Source of the DNA: a virus
Taxonomy: Duplodnaviria; Heunggongvirae; Uroviricota; Caudoviricetes
DNA: 13,104 bases
IMG/VR virus record: IMGVR_UViG_2703718848_000006
Span: 1-13,104 of that record
Direction: 5' to 3' (one strand)
Shown here: positions 1-7,139 of the stretch, one piece after another
Layout: each line of letters opens with the position of its first letter
Numbering within the stretch: position 1 is the stretch's first letter
Notes under the pieces: generated by a model
The model's input: only the letters and a program-made list of their open reading frames with translations
What the model was told of the DNA's origin: nothing
Databases searched by the model: none
Position numbers and translations under genes: made by a program

Positions 1-1
1 C

Positions 2-406
2 ATGCCGGGTAAACACCGCCGCACCCCGCCGTACATGTTCACCGAGGAGGTGGCGCTCGCGGCCATGCGTGCTCACGCTGCCGGTGAGTCTGTGGATACC
101 CGCCTGCTGACGGAGACCCTTGAACTGACCGCCACGGCTGACATGCCTGATGAAGTGCGCGCAAAGCTGCACAAAATCACAGGTCTGTTTCTGCGTGATG
201 GTGGTGATGCCGCAGGTGCGCTGACTCACCTGCAACGTGCGACACAGCTCAACTGTCAGGCAGGTGTCAAAAAAGAGATTGAACGACTGGAGCGGGAGCT
301 GAAACCGAAGCCGGAGCCGCAGCCCAAAGCGGCCACCCGTACCCCACGTAAGAGCCGGAGCGTGACACCGGCAAAACGTGGACGCCCGAAAAAGAAAGCC
401 AGTTAA
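2..406 (+). CDS. M: Terminase small (endonuclease) subunit gpM, C-terminal part; 5' end lies outside the window
   Basis: ORF runs from the window edge to TAA at 404-406. Lys/Arg/Pro-rich tail (...KPKPEPQPKAATRTPRKSRSVTPAKRGRPKKKAS). Sits immediately upstream of the head-completion gene, as in P2 (M-L-X-Y-K). Identification is from recalled similarity and synteny. Confidence 0.75.
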   Translation: MPGKHRRTPPYMFTEEVALAAMRAHAAGESVDTRLLTETLELTATADMPDEVRAKLHKITGLFLRDGGDAAGALTHLQRATQLNCQAGVKKEIERLERELKPKPEPQPKAATRTPRKSRSVTPAKRGRPKKKAS

Positions 407-505
407 CAACCGAATGCGCCCCGCGCCAGGGCGGCACGCCGGTCAGTGAGGGTGAATCACCTGACGCTGTACCGGCGTCCACCGCCCGACTTTTCAGAGG
501 TAGTC

Positions 506-1015
506 ATGATGACGCTGATTATTCCGCGAAAGGAGGCTCCCGTGTCCGGTGAGGGTACGGTGGTTATCCCGCAACCGGCAGGCGACGAGCCGGTGATTAA
601 AAACACGTTCTTTTTTCCCGATATCGACCCGAAGCGCGTCCGGGAACGTATGCGCCTTGAGCAGACCGTCGCCCCCGCCCGTCTGCGTGAGGCCATCAAG
701 TCAGGCATGGCGGAGACGAATGCGGAGCTGTACGAGTACCGCGAACAGAAAATTGCCGCCGGTTTTACGCGTCTGGCGGACGTCCCGGCGGACGACATCG
801 ACGGTGAAAGCATCAAAGTTTTTTACTACGAGCGCGCCGTGTGTGCGATGGCGACAGCGTCACTTTATGAACGTTATCGCGGTGTGGATGCCAGTGCGAA
901 AGGCGACAAAAAGGCCGACAGCATAGACAGCACCATTGATGAGCTGTGGCGGGATATGCGCTGGGCAGTGGCGCGTATCCAGGACAAGCCGCGCTGCATC
1001 GTGAGTCAAATCTGA
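506..1015 (+). CDS. L: Head completion/stabilisation protein gpL
   Basis: Translation MMTLIIPRKEAPVSGEGTVV... matches the P2 gpL N-terminus as I recall it. ATG at 506 is preceded by GAGG at 497-500. The ORF track's GTG at 446 is probably an upstream artefact. Stop TGA 1013-1015 overlaps the next start (ATGA). Confidence 0.85.
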   Translation: MMTLIIPRKEAPVSGEGTVVIPQPAGDEPVIKNTFFFPDIDPKRVRERMRLEQTVAPARLREAIKSGMAETNAELYEYREQKIAAGFTRLADVPADDIDGESIKVFYYERAVCAMATASLYERYRGVDASAKGDKKADSIDSTIDELWRDMRWAVARIQDKPRCIVSQI

Positions 1016-1218
1016 TGAAGACCTTTGCGCTACAGGGCGACACGCTCGACGCCATCTGTGTCCGGTATTACGGGCGCACTGAGGGCGTGGTCGAAGCCGT
1101 GCTCGCCGCAAATCCGGGACTGGCTGAACTGGGCGCGGTGCTGTCGCACGGCACCGCCGTCGAACTGCCCGACGTTCAGACCGCGCCCGTGGCTGAAACT
1201 GTCAATCTGTGGGAGTAA
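1015..1218 (+). CDS. X: Tail protein X (gpX), 67 aa
   Basis: MKTFALQGDTLDAICVRYYGRTEGVV...ETVNLWE. Start overlaps the L stop (ATGA). Position and size match P2 X. Confidence 0.85.
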   Translation: MKTFALQGDTLDAICVRYYGRTEGVVEAVLAANPGLAELGAVLSHGTAVELPDVQTAPVAETVNLWE

Positions 1219-1221
1219 CGC

Positions 1222-1503
1222 ATGACAGCAGAAGAAAAAAGCGTCCTGTCGCTTTTCATGATTGGAGTGCTGATTGTTGTCGGCAAGGTGCTTGCCGGTG
1301 GTGAACCCATCACCCCGCGTCTGTTTATCGGGCGCATGTTGCTCGGTGGTTTTGTCTCGATGGTTGCCGGTGTTGTTCTGGTGCAGTTTCCTGACCTGTC
1401 ACTGCCTGCGGTGTGCGGCATCGGCTCCATGCTGGGTATCGCCGGTTATCAGGTGATTGAGATTGCCATTCAGCGCCGCTTTAAGGGCAGGGGGAAACAG
1501 TAA
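1222..1503 (+). CDS. Y: Holin gpY, 93 aa
   Basis: Small protein with hydrophobic segments (LSLFMIGVLIVVGKVLAGG; VSMVAGVVLVQF; GIGSMLGIAGY) and a charged C-terminus (RRFKGRGKQ). GGGAG RBS at 1211-1215. Directly upstream of the endolysin gene. Confidence 0.85.
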   Translation: MTAEEKSVLSLFMIGVLIVVGKVLAGGEPITPRLFIGRMLLGGFVSMVAGVVLVQFPDLSLPAVCGIGSMLGIAGYQVIEIAIQRRFKGRGKQ

Positions 1504-2000
1504 TGCCGGTAATTAACACGCATCAGAATATCGCCGCCTTTCTCGACATGCTGGCGGTGTCCGAAGGGACGGCAAATCATCCGCTGACGAAAAACCGGGG
1601 CTATGACGTGATAGTCACCGGACTGGACGGGAAGCCGGAAATTTTCACCGACTACAGTGACCACCCGTTCGCGCATGGCCGACCGGCGAAGGTGTTTAAC
1701 CGTCGCGGTGAAAAGTCCACGGCCTCCGGTCGCTATCAGCAGCTTTACCTGTTCTGGCCGCACTACCGCAAACAGCTTGCCCTGCCGGATTTTAGTCCGT
1801 TGTCACAGGACAGACTCGCCATTCAGTTGATCCGCGAACGCGGTGCACTGGATGACATCCGGGCGGGACGCATTGAGCGCGCCATTTCACGCTGTCGCAA
1901 TATCTGGGCGTCCCTGCCGGGTGCCGGTTACGGTCAGCGTGAGCATTCACTGGAAAAACTGGTCACCGTCTGGCGTACCGCTGGCGGCGTACCGGCTTAA
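1503..2000 (+). CDS. K: Endolysin gpK, 165 aa
   Basis: MPVINTHQNIAAFLDMLAVSEGT... resembles the P2 K / phage lysozyme family (EGT catalytic-region motif). TAATG overlap with the Y stop. Holin-endolysin-lysA-spanin order. Confidence 0.9.
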   Translation: MPVINTHQNIAAFLDMLAVSEGTANHPLTKNRGYDVIVTGLDGKPEIFTDYSDHPFAHGRPAKVFNRRGEKSTASGRYQQLYLFWPHYRKQLALPDFSPLSQDRLAIQLIRERGALDDIRAGRIERAISRCRNIWASLPGAGYGQREHSLEKLVTVWRTAGGVPA

Positions 2001-2014
2001 ACGGAGTAAACACC

Positions 2015-2362
2015 ATGAAGAAATTATCCCTTTCACTGATGCTGAACGTGTCGCTGGTGATGATGCTGGCACTGTCCCTGATTTACCCGCAGAGCGTGGC
2101 CGTCAGTTTTGTCGCCACCTGGGCGATTCTGGCGACGGTTATCTGTGTGGTTGCCGGTGGTGTCGGGGTGTATGCCACTGAGTANNNNNNNNNNNNNNNN
2201 NNNNNNNNNNNNNNNNNNNTGATGGTGGCGACGTTTATCTCGCTGGTCGCTGCCGGGTGGATTTTTACTGCGCTGATTTACCTCGTGGCGTCGGTGTTCT
2301 TCCGGCTGATACGTACGGCCTGCCGTCAGCGTTTTGAGGGGCGGGAACCATGTCAAAGCTGA
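2015..2362 (+). CDS. lysA: LysA-like membrane protein (lysis timing), interrupted by a 35-N assembly gap
   Basis: Hydrophobic protein (MKKLSLSLMLNVSLVMMLALSLIYP...; ...MVATFISLVAAGWIFTALIYLVASVFF) between K and lysB. N-run 2185-2219 lies inside the ORF, so true length and frame continuity are unknown. Confidence 0.65.
   Translation: MKKLSLSLMLNVSLVMMLALSLIYPQSVAVSFVATWAILATVICVVAGGVGVYATEXXXXXXXXXXXXXMVATFISLVAAGWIFTALIYLVASVFFRLIRTACRQRFEGREPCQS
2185..2219. other. Assembly gap (35 N) inside lysA
   Basis: Run of N characters. Confidence 0.95.
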
Positions 2363-2793
2363 TGATTGTGCTGGTTGTGTTGTTATCACTGGCGGTGGCG
2401 GGGCTGTTTCTGGTGAAGCATGAAAATGCCAGCCTGCGCACCTCACTGGACAGGGCGAATAACGTCGCCAGTGGACAGCAGACGACCATCACCATGCTGA
2501 AAAATCAGCTTCATGTTGCCCTCACCAGGGCAGACAAAAACGAGCTGGCGCAGGTGGCACTGCGTCAGGAACTGGAGAACGCCGCCAAGCGTGAAGCACA
2601 GCGCGAGAAAACCATCACGAGGTTACTTAATGAAAACGAAGATTTTCGCCGCTGGTACGGCGCTGACCTGCCTGATGCTGTGCGCCGGTTGCACCAGCGC
2701 CCCGCCTGCACCGACGCCAGTGATTGTCCACAACGCCTGCCCGAAAGTGAGTCTTTGCCCGATGCCGGGCAGCGACCCGGAGACGAACGGTGA
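2350..2793 (+). CDS. lysB: LysB, Rz-like inner-membrane spanin (i-spanin)
   Basis: N-terminal TM helix (LMIVLVVLLSLAVAGLFLV) followed by a charged, coiled-coil-like periplasmic region. Overlaps the lysA end and contains lysC in the +1 frame. Confidence 0.8.
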   Translation: MSKLMIVLVVLLSLAVAGLFLVKHENASLRTSLDRANNVASGQQTTITMLKNQLHVALTRADKNELAQVALRQELENAAKREAQREKTITRLLNENEDFRRWYGADLPDAVRRLHQRPACTDASDCPQRLPESESLPDAGQRPGDER

Positions 2794-2920
2794 TTTAAGT
2801 GCCGATATCCGGCAGCTTGAGAACGCGCTGGCACGCTGTGCCAGCCAGGTAAAAATGATTAAACACTGTCAGGACGAAAACGATGCTCAAACCCGACAGC
2901 CTGCGCAGGGCGCTGACTGA
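2630..2920 (+). CDS. lysC: LysC, Rz1-like outer-membrane lipoprotein spanin (o-spanin), embedded out of frame in lysB
   Basis: Internal ATG at 2630 in the 2513-2920 frame gives MKTKIFAAGTALTCLMLCAGCTSAPPAPTP...: a signal peptide, a lipobox-like LCAGC and a Pro-rich mature part, typical of Rz1-type o-spanins. Extends past the lysB stop and overlaps the R start. Confidence 0.7.
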   Translation: MKTKIFAAGTALTCLMLCAGCTSAPPAPTPVIVHNACPKVSLCPMPGSDPETNGDLSADIRQLENALARCASQVKMIKHCQDENDAQTRQPAQGAD

Positions 2921-3350
2921 TGCCGTCACGGTGCTGAAAACAAGCCCCGAGATGCTGCGGATATTCGTGGATAACGGGAGTATTGCCTCCACACTGGCGA
3001 CGTCGCTGTCATTCGAAAAGCGTTACACGCTCAATGTCATTGTGACCGACTTTACCGGTGATTTTGACCTGCTCATTGTGCCGGTGCTGGCGTGGCTGCG
3101 GGAAAATCAGCCCGACATCATGACCACCGACGAAGGCCAGAAAAAGGGCTTCACGTTTTATGCGGACATCAACAATGACAGCAGCTTTGATATCAGTATC
3201 AGCCTGATGCTGACCGAGCGCACGCTGGTCAGTGAGGTTGACGGTGCACTGCATGTGAAGAATATCCCGGAACCTCCGCCGCCGGAGCCGGTCACCCGCC
3301 CGGTGGAGCTTTATATCAATGGCGAACTGGTGAGCAAGTGGGATGAATGA
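2883..3350 (+). CDS. R: Tail completion protein gpR, 155 aa
   Basis: MLKPDSLRRALTDAVTVLKTSPEMLRIFVDNGS... at the P2 R position. Stop TGA 3348-3350 overlaps the S start region. Confidence 0.85.
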   Translation: MLKPDSLRRALTDAVTVLKTSPEMLRIFVDNGSIASTLATSLSFEKRYTLNVIVTDFTGDFDLLIVPVLAWLRENQPDIMTTDEGQKKGFTFYADINNDSSFDISISLMLTERTLVSEVDGALHVKNIPEPPPPEPVTRPVELYINGELVSKWDE

Positions 3351-3795
3351 GTTTAAGCGTTTTGAAGACCGGCTGACCGGACTGATTGAGTCGCTGTCAC
3401 CGTCAGGGCGTCGGCGGCTGAGTGCAGAGCTGGCGAAGCGTCTGCGGCAGAGTCAGCAGCGTCGGGTGATGGCACAGAAAGCCCCGGACGGCACACCCTA
3501 CGCGCCACGCCAGCAGCAGAGCGCCAGAAAAAAGACCGGTCGTGTTAAGCGAAAAATGTTTGCGAAACTTATCACCAGTCGTTTTTTGCATATCCGCGCC
3601 AGCCCGGAACAGGCATCAATGGAATTTTACGGCGGGAAGTCGCCGAAAATCGCCAGTGTGCATCAGTTCGGTCTGTCGGAAGAAACCCGGAAAGACGGTA
3701 AGAAAATTGATTATCCGGCGCGTCCTCTGCTCGGCTTTACCGGTGAGGATGTGCAGATGATTGAAGAGATTATCCTGGCTCACCTTGAGCGTTAG
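3343..3795 (+). CDS. S: Tail completion protein gpS, 150 aa
   Basis: MNEFKRFEDRLTGLIESLSPSGRRRLSAELAKRLRQ... at the P2 S position. ATG at 3343 overlaps the R 3' end. Stop TAG 3793-3795. Confidence 0.85.
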   Translation: MNEFKRFEDRLTGLIESLSPSGRRRLSAELAKRLRQSQQRRVMAQKAPDGTPYAPRQQQSARKKTGRVKRKMFAKLITSRFLHIRASPEQASMEFYGGKSPKIASVHQFGLSEETRKDGKKIDYPARPLLGFTGEDVQMIEEIILAHLER

Positions 3796-3824
3796 TTTTA
3801 TCCAGGCAGAGGCTGATGCGCAAT

Positions 3825-3861
3825 TAAACATTGAGCGGCCATGCTGGTCGCTCAATGTTTA
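3825..3861. terminator. Perfect 13-bp inverted repeat (11-nt loop) between convergent S and the cargo-1 gene; candidate bidirectional terminator or RNA-stability hairpin
   Basis: TAAACATTGAGCG (3825-3837), loop GCCATGCTGGT, CGCTCAATGTTTA (3849-3861). Lies between the S stop (3795) and the minus-strand stop at 3867-3869. No clear U-tract on either strand. Confidence 0.4.
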
Positions 3862-3866
3862 GAGGT

Positions 3867-4652
3867 TTATGAGTGATTTTTATTTGATGCTTTGTATTCT
3901 AAAACCTTCTTATTGGCGTAAAAGAATTTTGTATATGACAGGAATATAACCAGACCTGAAGTGAAATAGACGAGGGATAGTATTAATAATGCTTTTTTGT
4001 GACTGTTATTATCTTTAATCTCCTGGTTTAACCATTCGGAGTCCTCCTCGTTTAGCTGTAAGAGCTTATTGCAGGCGATCTCAGGAAGTGTGTCTTTTAT
4101 AAATACGTTTTGCAGTCTCTTGCAATCGGCAAGGGTATAAGTTTTATTAAATTCAACTGCTTTATTTTTGAAGGATAAAAGAACTTTGTCACTATAAACA
4201 TAGTACATCATGTTTTTATATGGTATGCCTATGGCATCCCTTACTATAACGGATTGTTCGTTGTGTATGTAACATGCGAGGAGAATGTAAAAAATACTGG
4301 CCAGAATTACAATTATTGTTTTAATTATGTGTGGTGGTTTTGTTATGTCACCCCAGATGCGAGTAAGGAAAAAATACGATGTTTTTAGTTTTCCATCAAT
4401 CAGTCCCTGCTGTATCATTCTCACATTTTCAATGCCTGATACATTGATTCCGTTAATTATTTTAAATAGTTGAATGTCGCGCCACTCGCGGTCAAGTCTT
4501 TTTAATTTTTTGTCTGAATATCCAAAATTGAAATAATGTGCAATAAGCCTCATAAGGTTACTTTTACCAAAGCTAAAAAATGCTAATACTGCAAAGCTAC
4601 AAAGGAAAAAAACGATTAGCCCCCACACATTAGTCACATTATAGCTGACCAT
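3867..4652 (-). CDS. Cargo (moron) gene: 261-aa predicted three-TM membrane protein of unknown function at the S-V (P2 orf30) position
   Basis: ORF with AAGGAG RBS 6 nt upstream of the ATG at 4650-4652. AT-rich (about 25% GC on a sampled line versus ~57% in flanking structural genes). Hydrophobic segments at about aa 9-28, 108-129 and 221-240. Opposite strand to all flanking tail genes. No motif I recognise. Confidence 0.7.
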   Translation of the reverse strand: MVSYNVTNVWGLIVFFLCSFAVLAFFSFGKSNLMRLIAHYFNFGYSDKKLKRLDREWRDIQLFKIINGINVSGIENVRMIQQGLIDGKLKTSYFFLTRIWGDITKPPHIIKTIIVILASIFYILLACYIHNEQSVIVRDAIGIPYKNMMYYVYSDKVLLSFKNKAVEFNKTYTLADCKRLQNVFIKDTLPEIACNKLLQLNEEDSEWLNQEIKDNNSHKKALLILSLVYFTSGLVIFLSYTKFFYANKKVLEYKASNKNHS

Positions 4653-4735
4653 TACGCTCTCCTTGAATGTTGTCTGGTAGTTCTACAAATGAATCCAGAT
4701 AGCATAACTTTTATATATTGTGCAATCTCACATGC

Positions 4736-5349
4736 ATGAACACTCTCGCAAATATTCAGGAACTCGCGCGCGCACTGCGCAACATGATTCGCACCGGCAT
4801 TATCGTCGANNCCGCGTGCAGACCGGCGGCATGTGCACCGACTGGCTTCAGTGGCTGACCCATCGCGCAGGACGTTCGCGCACATGGTGGGCACCTTCCG
4901 TGGGGGAACAGGTGCTGATTCTGTCCGTGGGCGGTGAACTCGACACGGCATTCGTTCTGCCGGGGATTTATTCCGGCGATAACCCCGCGCCGTCTGCGTC
5001 GGCGGATGCCCTGCATATCCGTTTCCCTGACGGGGCGGTGATTGAGTATGAACCCGAAACCAGTGCACTTACGGTAAGCGGAATTAAAACGGCCAGCGTG
5101 ACGGCTTCTGATTCTGTTACTGCCACGGTGCCGGTGGTCATGGTGAAAGCATCAACCCGCGTCACCCTGGACACACCGGAGGTGGTCTGCACCAACAGGC
5201 TGATTACCGGCACGCTGGAAGTGCAGAAGGGCGGGACGATGCGCGGCAACATTGAACACACCGGCGGTGAACTCTCATCAAACGGTAAGGTACTGCATAC
5301 CCATAAACACCCCGGCGACAGCGGCGGCACAACCGGGGGACCTCTATGA
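4736..5349 (+). CDS. V: Baseplate spike/assembly protein gpV; 5' region interrupted by a 2-N gap
   Basis: ATG at 4736 gives MNTLANIQELARALRNMIRTGIIV, then NN at 4810-4811, after which the reading continues in another frame as RVQTGGMCTDWLQWLTHRAGRSRTWWAPSVGEQ...GDSGGTTGGPL. Both parts match P2 gpV as I recall it. The frame break coincides exactly with the gap, so it is an assembly artefact. Confidence 0.85.
4810..4811. other. Assembly gap (NN) inside gene V
   Basis: Two N characters; the reading frame of V changes across them. Confidence 0.95.
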
Positions 5350-5693
5350 CTGCGCGTTATCTCGGAATGAATCGCAGTGATGGCCTGACTGTCACTGACC
5401 TTGAGCATATTAGCCAGAGTATCGGCGATATCCTGCGCACACCGGTCGGCTCGCGGGTGATGCGTCGTGATTACGGCTCGTTGCTGGCGTCAATGATTGA
5501 CCAGCCGCAGACTCCGGCGCTTGAGTTGCAGATTAAGGTCGCCTGTTACATGGCGGTGCTGAAATGGGAACCCCGCGTCACCCTGTCATCCGTCACCACG
5601 GCGCGCAGCTTTGACGGTCGAATGACAGTTACGTTAACCGGCCAGCATAACGACACCGGCCAGCCACTTTCGTTAACCATCCCTGTGAGTTGA
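5346..5693 (+). CDS. W: Baseplate wedge protein gpW (T4 gp25-like), 115 aa
   Basis: MTARYLGMNRSDGLTVTDLEHISQSIGDILRTPVGSRVMRRDYGSLL... is the GPW/gp25 family signature. ATGA overlap with the V stop. Confidence 0.9.
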   Translation: MTARYLGMNRSDGLTVTDLEHISQSIGDILRTPVGSRVMRRDYGSLLASMIDQPQTPALELQIKVACYMAVLKWEPRVTLSSVTTARSFDGRMTVTLTGQHNDTGQPLSLTIPVS

Positions 5694-5697
5694 AACC

Positions 5698-6606
5698 ATG
5701 CCGATTATCGACCTGAACCAGCTACCCGCACCGGATGTGGTCGAGGAGCTGGACTTTGAAACCATTCTCGCTGAACGCAAGGCGACACTGATTTCCCTTT
5801 ACCCGGAAGACCAGCAGGAGGCGGTCGCCCGTACCCTGACACTGGAATCTGAGCCTCTCGTCAAACTGCTGGAGGAAAATGCTTATCGTGAGCTTATCTG
5901 GCGTCAGCGTGTGAATGAGGCTGCACGGGCGGTAATGCTGGCCTGTGCCGCCGGTAATGACCTTGATGTGATTGGTGCCAATTACAACACCACGCGCCTG
6001 ACTATCACCCCGGCAGATGATTCGACTATCCCGCCGACACCGGCAGTGATGGAATCTGACACCGATTATCGTCTGCGTATTCAGCAGGCTTTTGAGGGCT
6101 TAAGCGTCGCCGGGTCAGTGGGAGCCTATCAGTATCATGGTCGCAGTGCTGACGGGCGTGTCGCGGATATTTCTGTCACCAGTCCGTCTCCTGCCTGTGT
6201 CACCATCTCTGTGCTGTCACGTGAAAATAACGGCGTCGCATCCGAAGACCTGCTGGCTGTGGTGCGTAACGCCCTTAATGGCGAGGACGTCAGGCCGGTG
6301 GCCGACCGCGTGACCGTGCAGTCTGCCGCCATCGTTGAATACCAGATAAACGCCACGCTTTACCTTTACCCTGGTCCCGAAAGCGAACCCATCCGCGCTG
6401 CCGCTGTGAAAAAGCTGGAAGCGTATATCACGGCACAGCACCGGCTGGGGCGCGACATCCGTCTGTCTGCCATTTATGCCGCTTTGCATGTGGAAGGTGT
6501 GCAGCGTGTCGAACTGGCTGCACCACTGGCCGACATCGTGCTCAACAGTACGCAGGCGTCTTTCTGTACCGAATACCGCGTCGTGACCGGAGGCTCGGAT
6601 GAGTGA
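5698..6606 (+). CDS. J: Baseplate assembly protein gpJ, 302 aa
   Basis: MPIIDLNQLPAPDVVEELDFETILAERKATLISLYPEDQQ... Position after W and before I. The 3' end overlaps the I start. Confidence 0.9.
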   Translation: MPIIDLNQLPAPDVVEELDFETILAERKATLISLYPEDQQEAVARTLTLESEPLVKLLEENAYRELIWRQRVNEAARAVMLACAAGNDLDVIGANYNTTRLTITPADDSTIPPTPAVMESDTDYRLRIQQAFEGLSVAGSVGAYQYHGRSADGRVADISVTSPSPACVTISVLSRENNGVASEDLLAVVRNALNGEDVRPVADRVTVQSAAIVEYQINATLYLYPGPESEPIRAAAVKKLEAYITAQHRLGRDIRLSAIYAALHVEGVQRVELAAPLADIVLNSTQASFCTEYRVVTGGSDE

Positions 6607-7129
6607 TTCGCGACTGCTGCCGACCGGCTCATCACCGCTTGAGGTCGCCGCCGCAAAAGCCTGTGCGGAAATTGAAAAAACGCCGGTCAGTATTCGTGAG
6701 CTGTGGAACCCGGACACCTGTCCGGCAAATCTGCTGCCGTGGCTGGCGTGGGCGTTTTCGGTCGACAGGTGGGATGAAAAGTGGCCGGAAGCGACAAAAC
6801 GCGCCGTTATCCGCGATGCCCATTTCATCCACTGTCATAAGGGCACTATAGGTGCAATCCGGCGTGTGGTGGAGCCGCTCGGCTATCTCATCAACGTGAC
6901 GGAGTGGTGGGAAAACAGTGACCCGCCCGGCACCTTCCGGCTTGATATTGGTGTACTGGAAAGCGGTATCACAGAGGCAATGTATCAGGAAATTGAACGG
7001 CTGATTGCTGATGCCAAACCTGCAAGCCGCCACCTTATTGGCCTGAACATTACCCGGGACATTCCCGGATACCTGTTCGCCGGTGGTGTGGCTTACGACG
7101 GCGATGTAATTACGGTTTACCCCGGATAA
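6599..7129 (+). CDS. I: Baseplate/tail protein gpI, 176 aa
   Basis: MSDSRLLPTGSSPLEVAAAKACAEIEKTPVSIRELWNPDTCPANLLPWLAWAFSVDRWDE... ATG at 6599 overlaps the J 3' end. Confidence 0.9.
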   Translation: MSDSRLLPTGSSPLEVAAAKACAEIEKTPVSIRELWNPDTCPANLLPWLAWAFSVDRWDEKWPEATKRAVIRDAHFIHCHKGTIGAIRRVVEPLGYLINVTEWWENSDPPGTFRLDIGVLESGITEAMYQEIERLIADAKPASRHLIGLNITRDIPGYLFAGGVAYDGDVITVYPG

Positions 7130-7139
7130 GTGAGGAATA

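Noticed and set aside
267-1111. Overlapping ORFs 267-482 (-), 457-816 (-), 657-926 (+), 813-1055 (-), 860-1111 (-)
   Set aside because: Shadow ORFs in alternative frames of the GC-rich M/L/X genes, which is typical of high-GC coding DNA. The synteny-supported + strand genes explain the region.
4720-4811. ORF-track start of V at 4720 (MQSHMHEHSRKYSG...) and a possible programmed frameshift in V
   Set aside because: The upstream frame is an artefact of the NN gap. The true N-terminus MNTLANIQELARALRNMIRTGIIV is in another frame starting at 4736, and the frame change is exactly at the gap.
4652-5408. Minus-strand ORFs 4652-5068, 4756-5016 and 4968-5408 antisense to gene V
   Set aside because: Antisense shadow ORFs within V, some spanning the NN gap, with no independent support.
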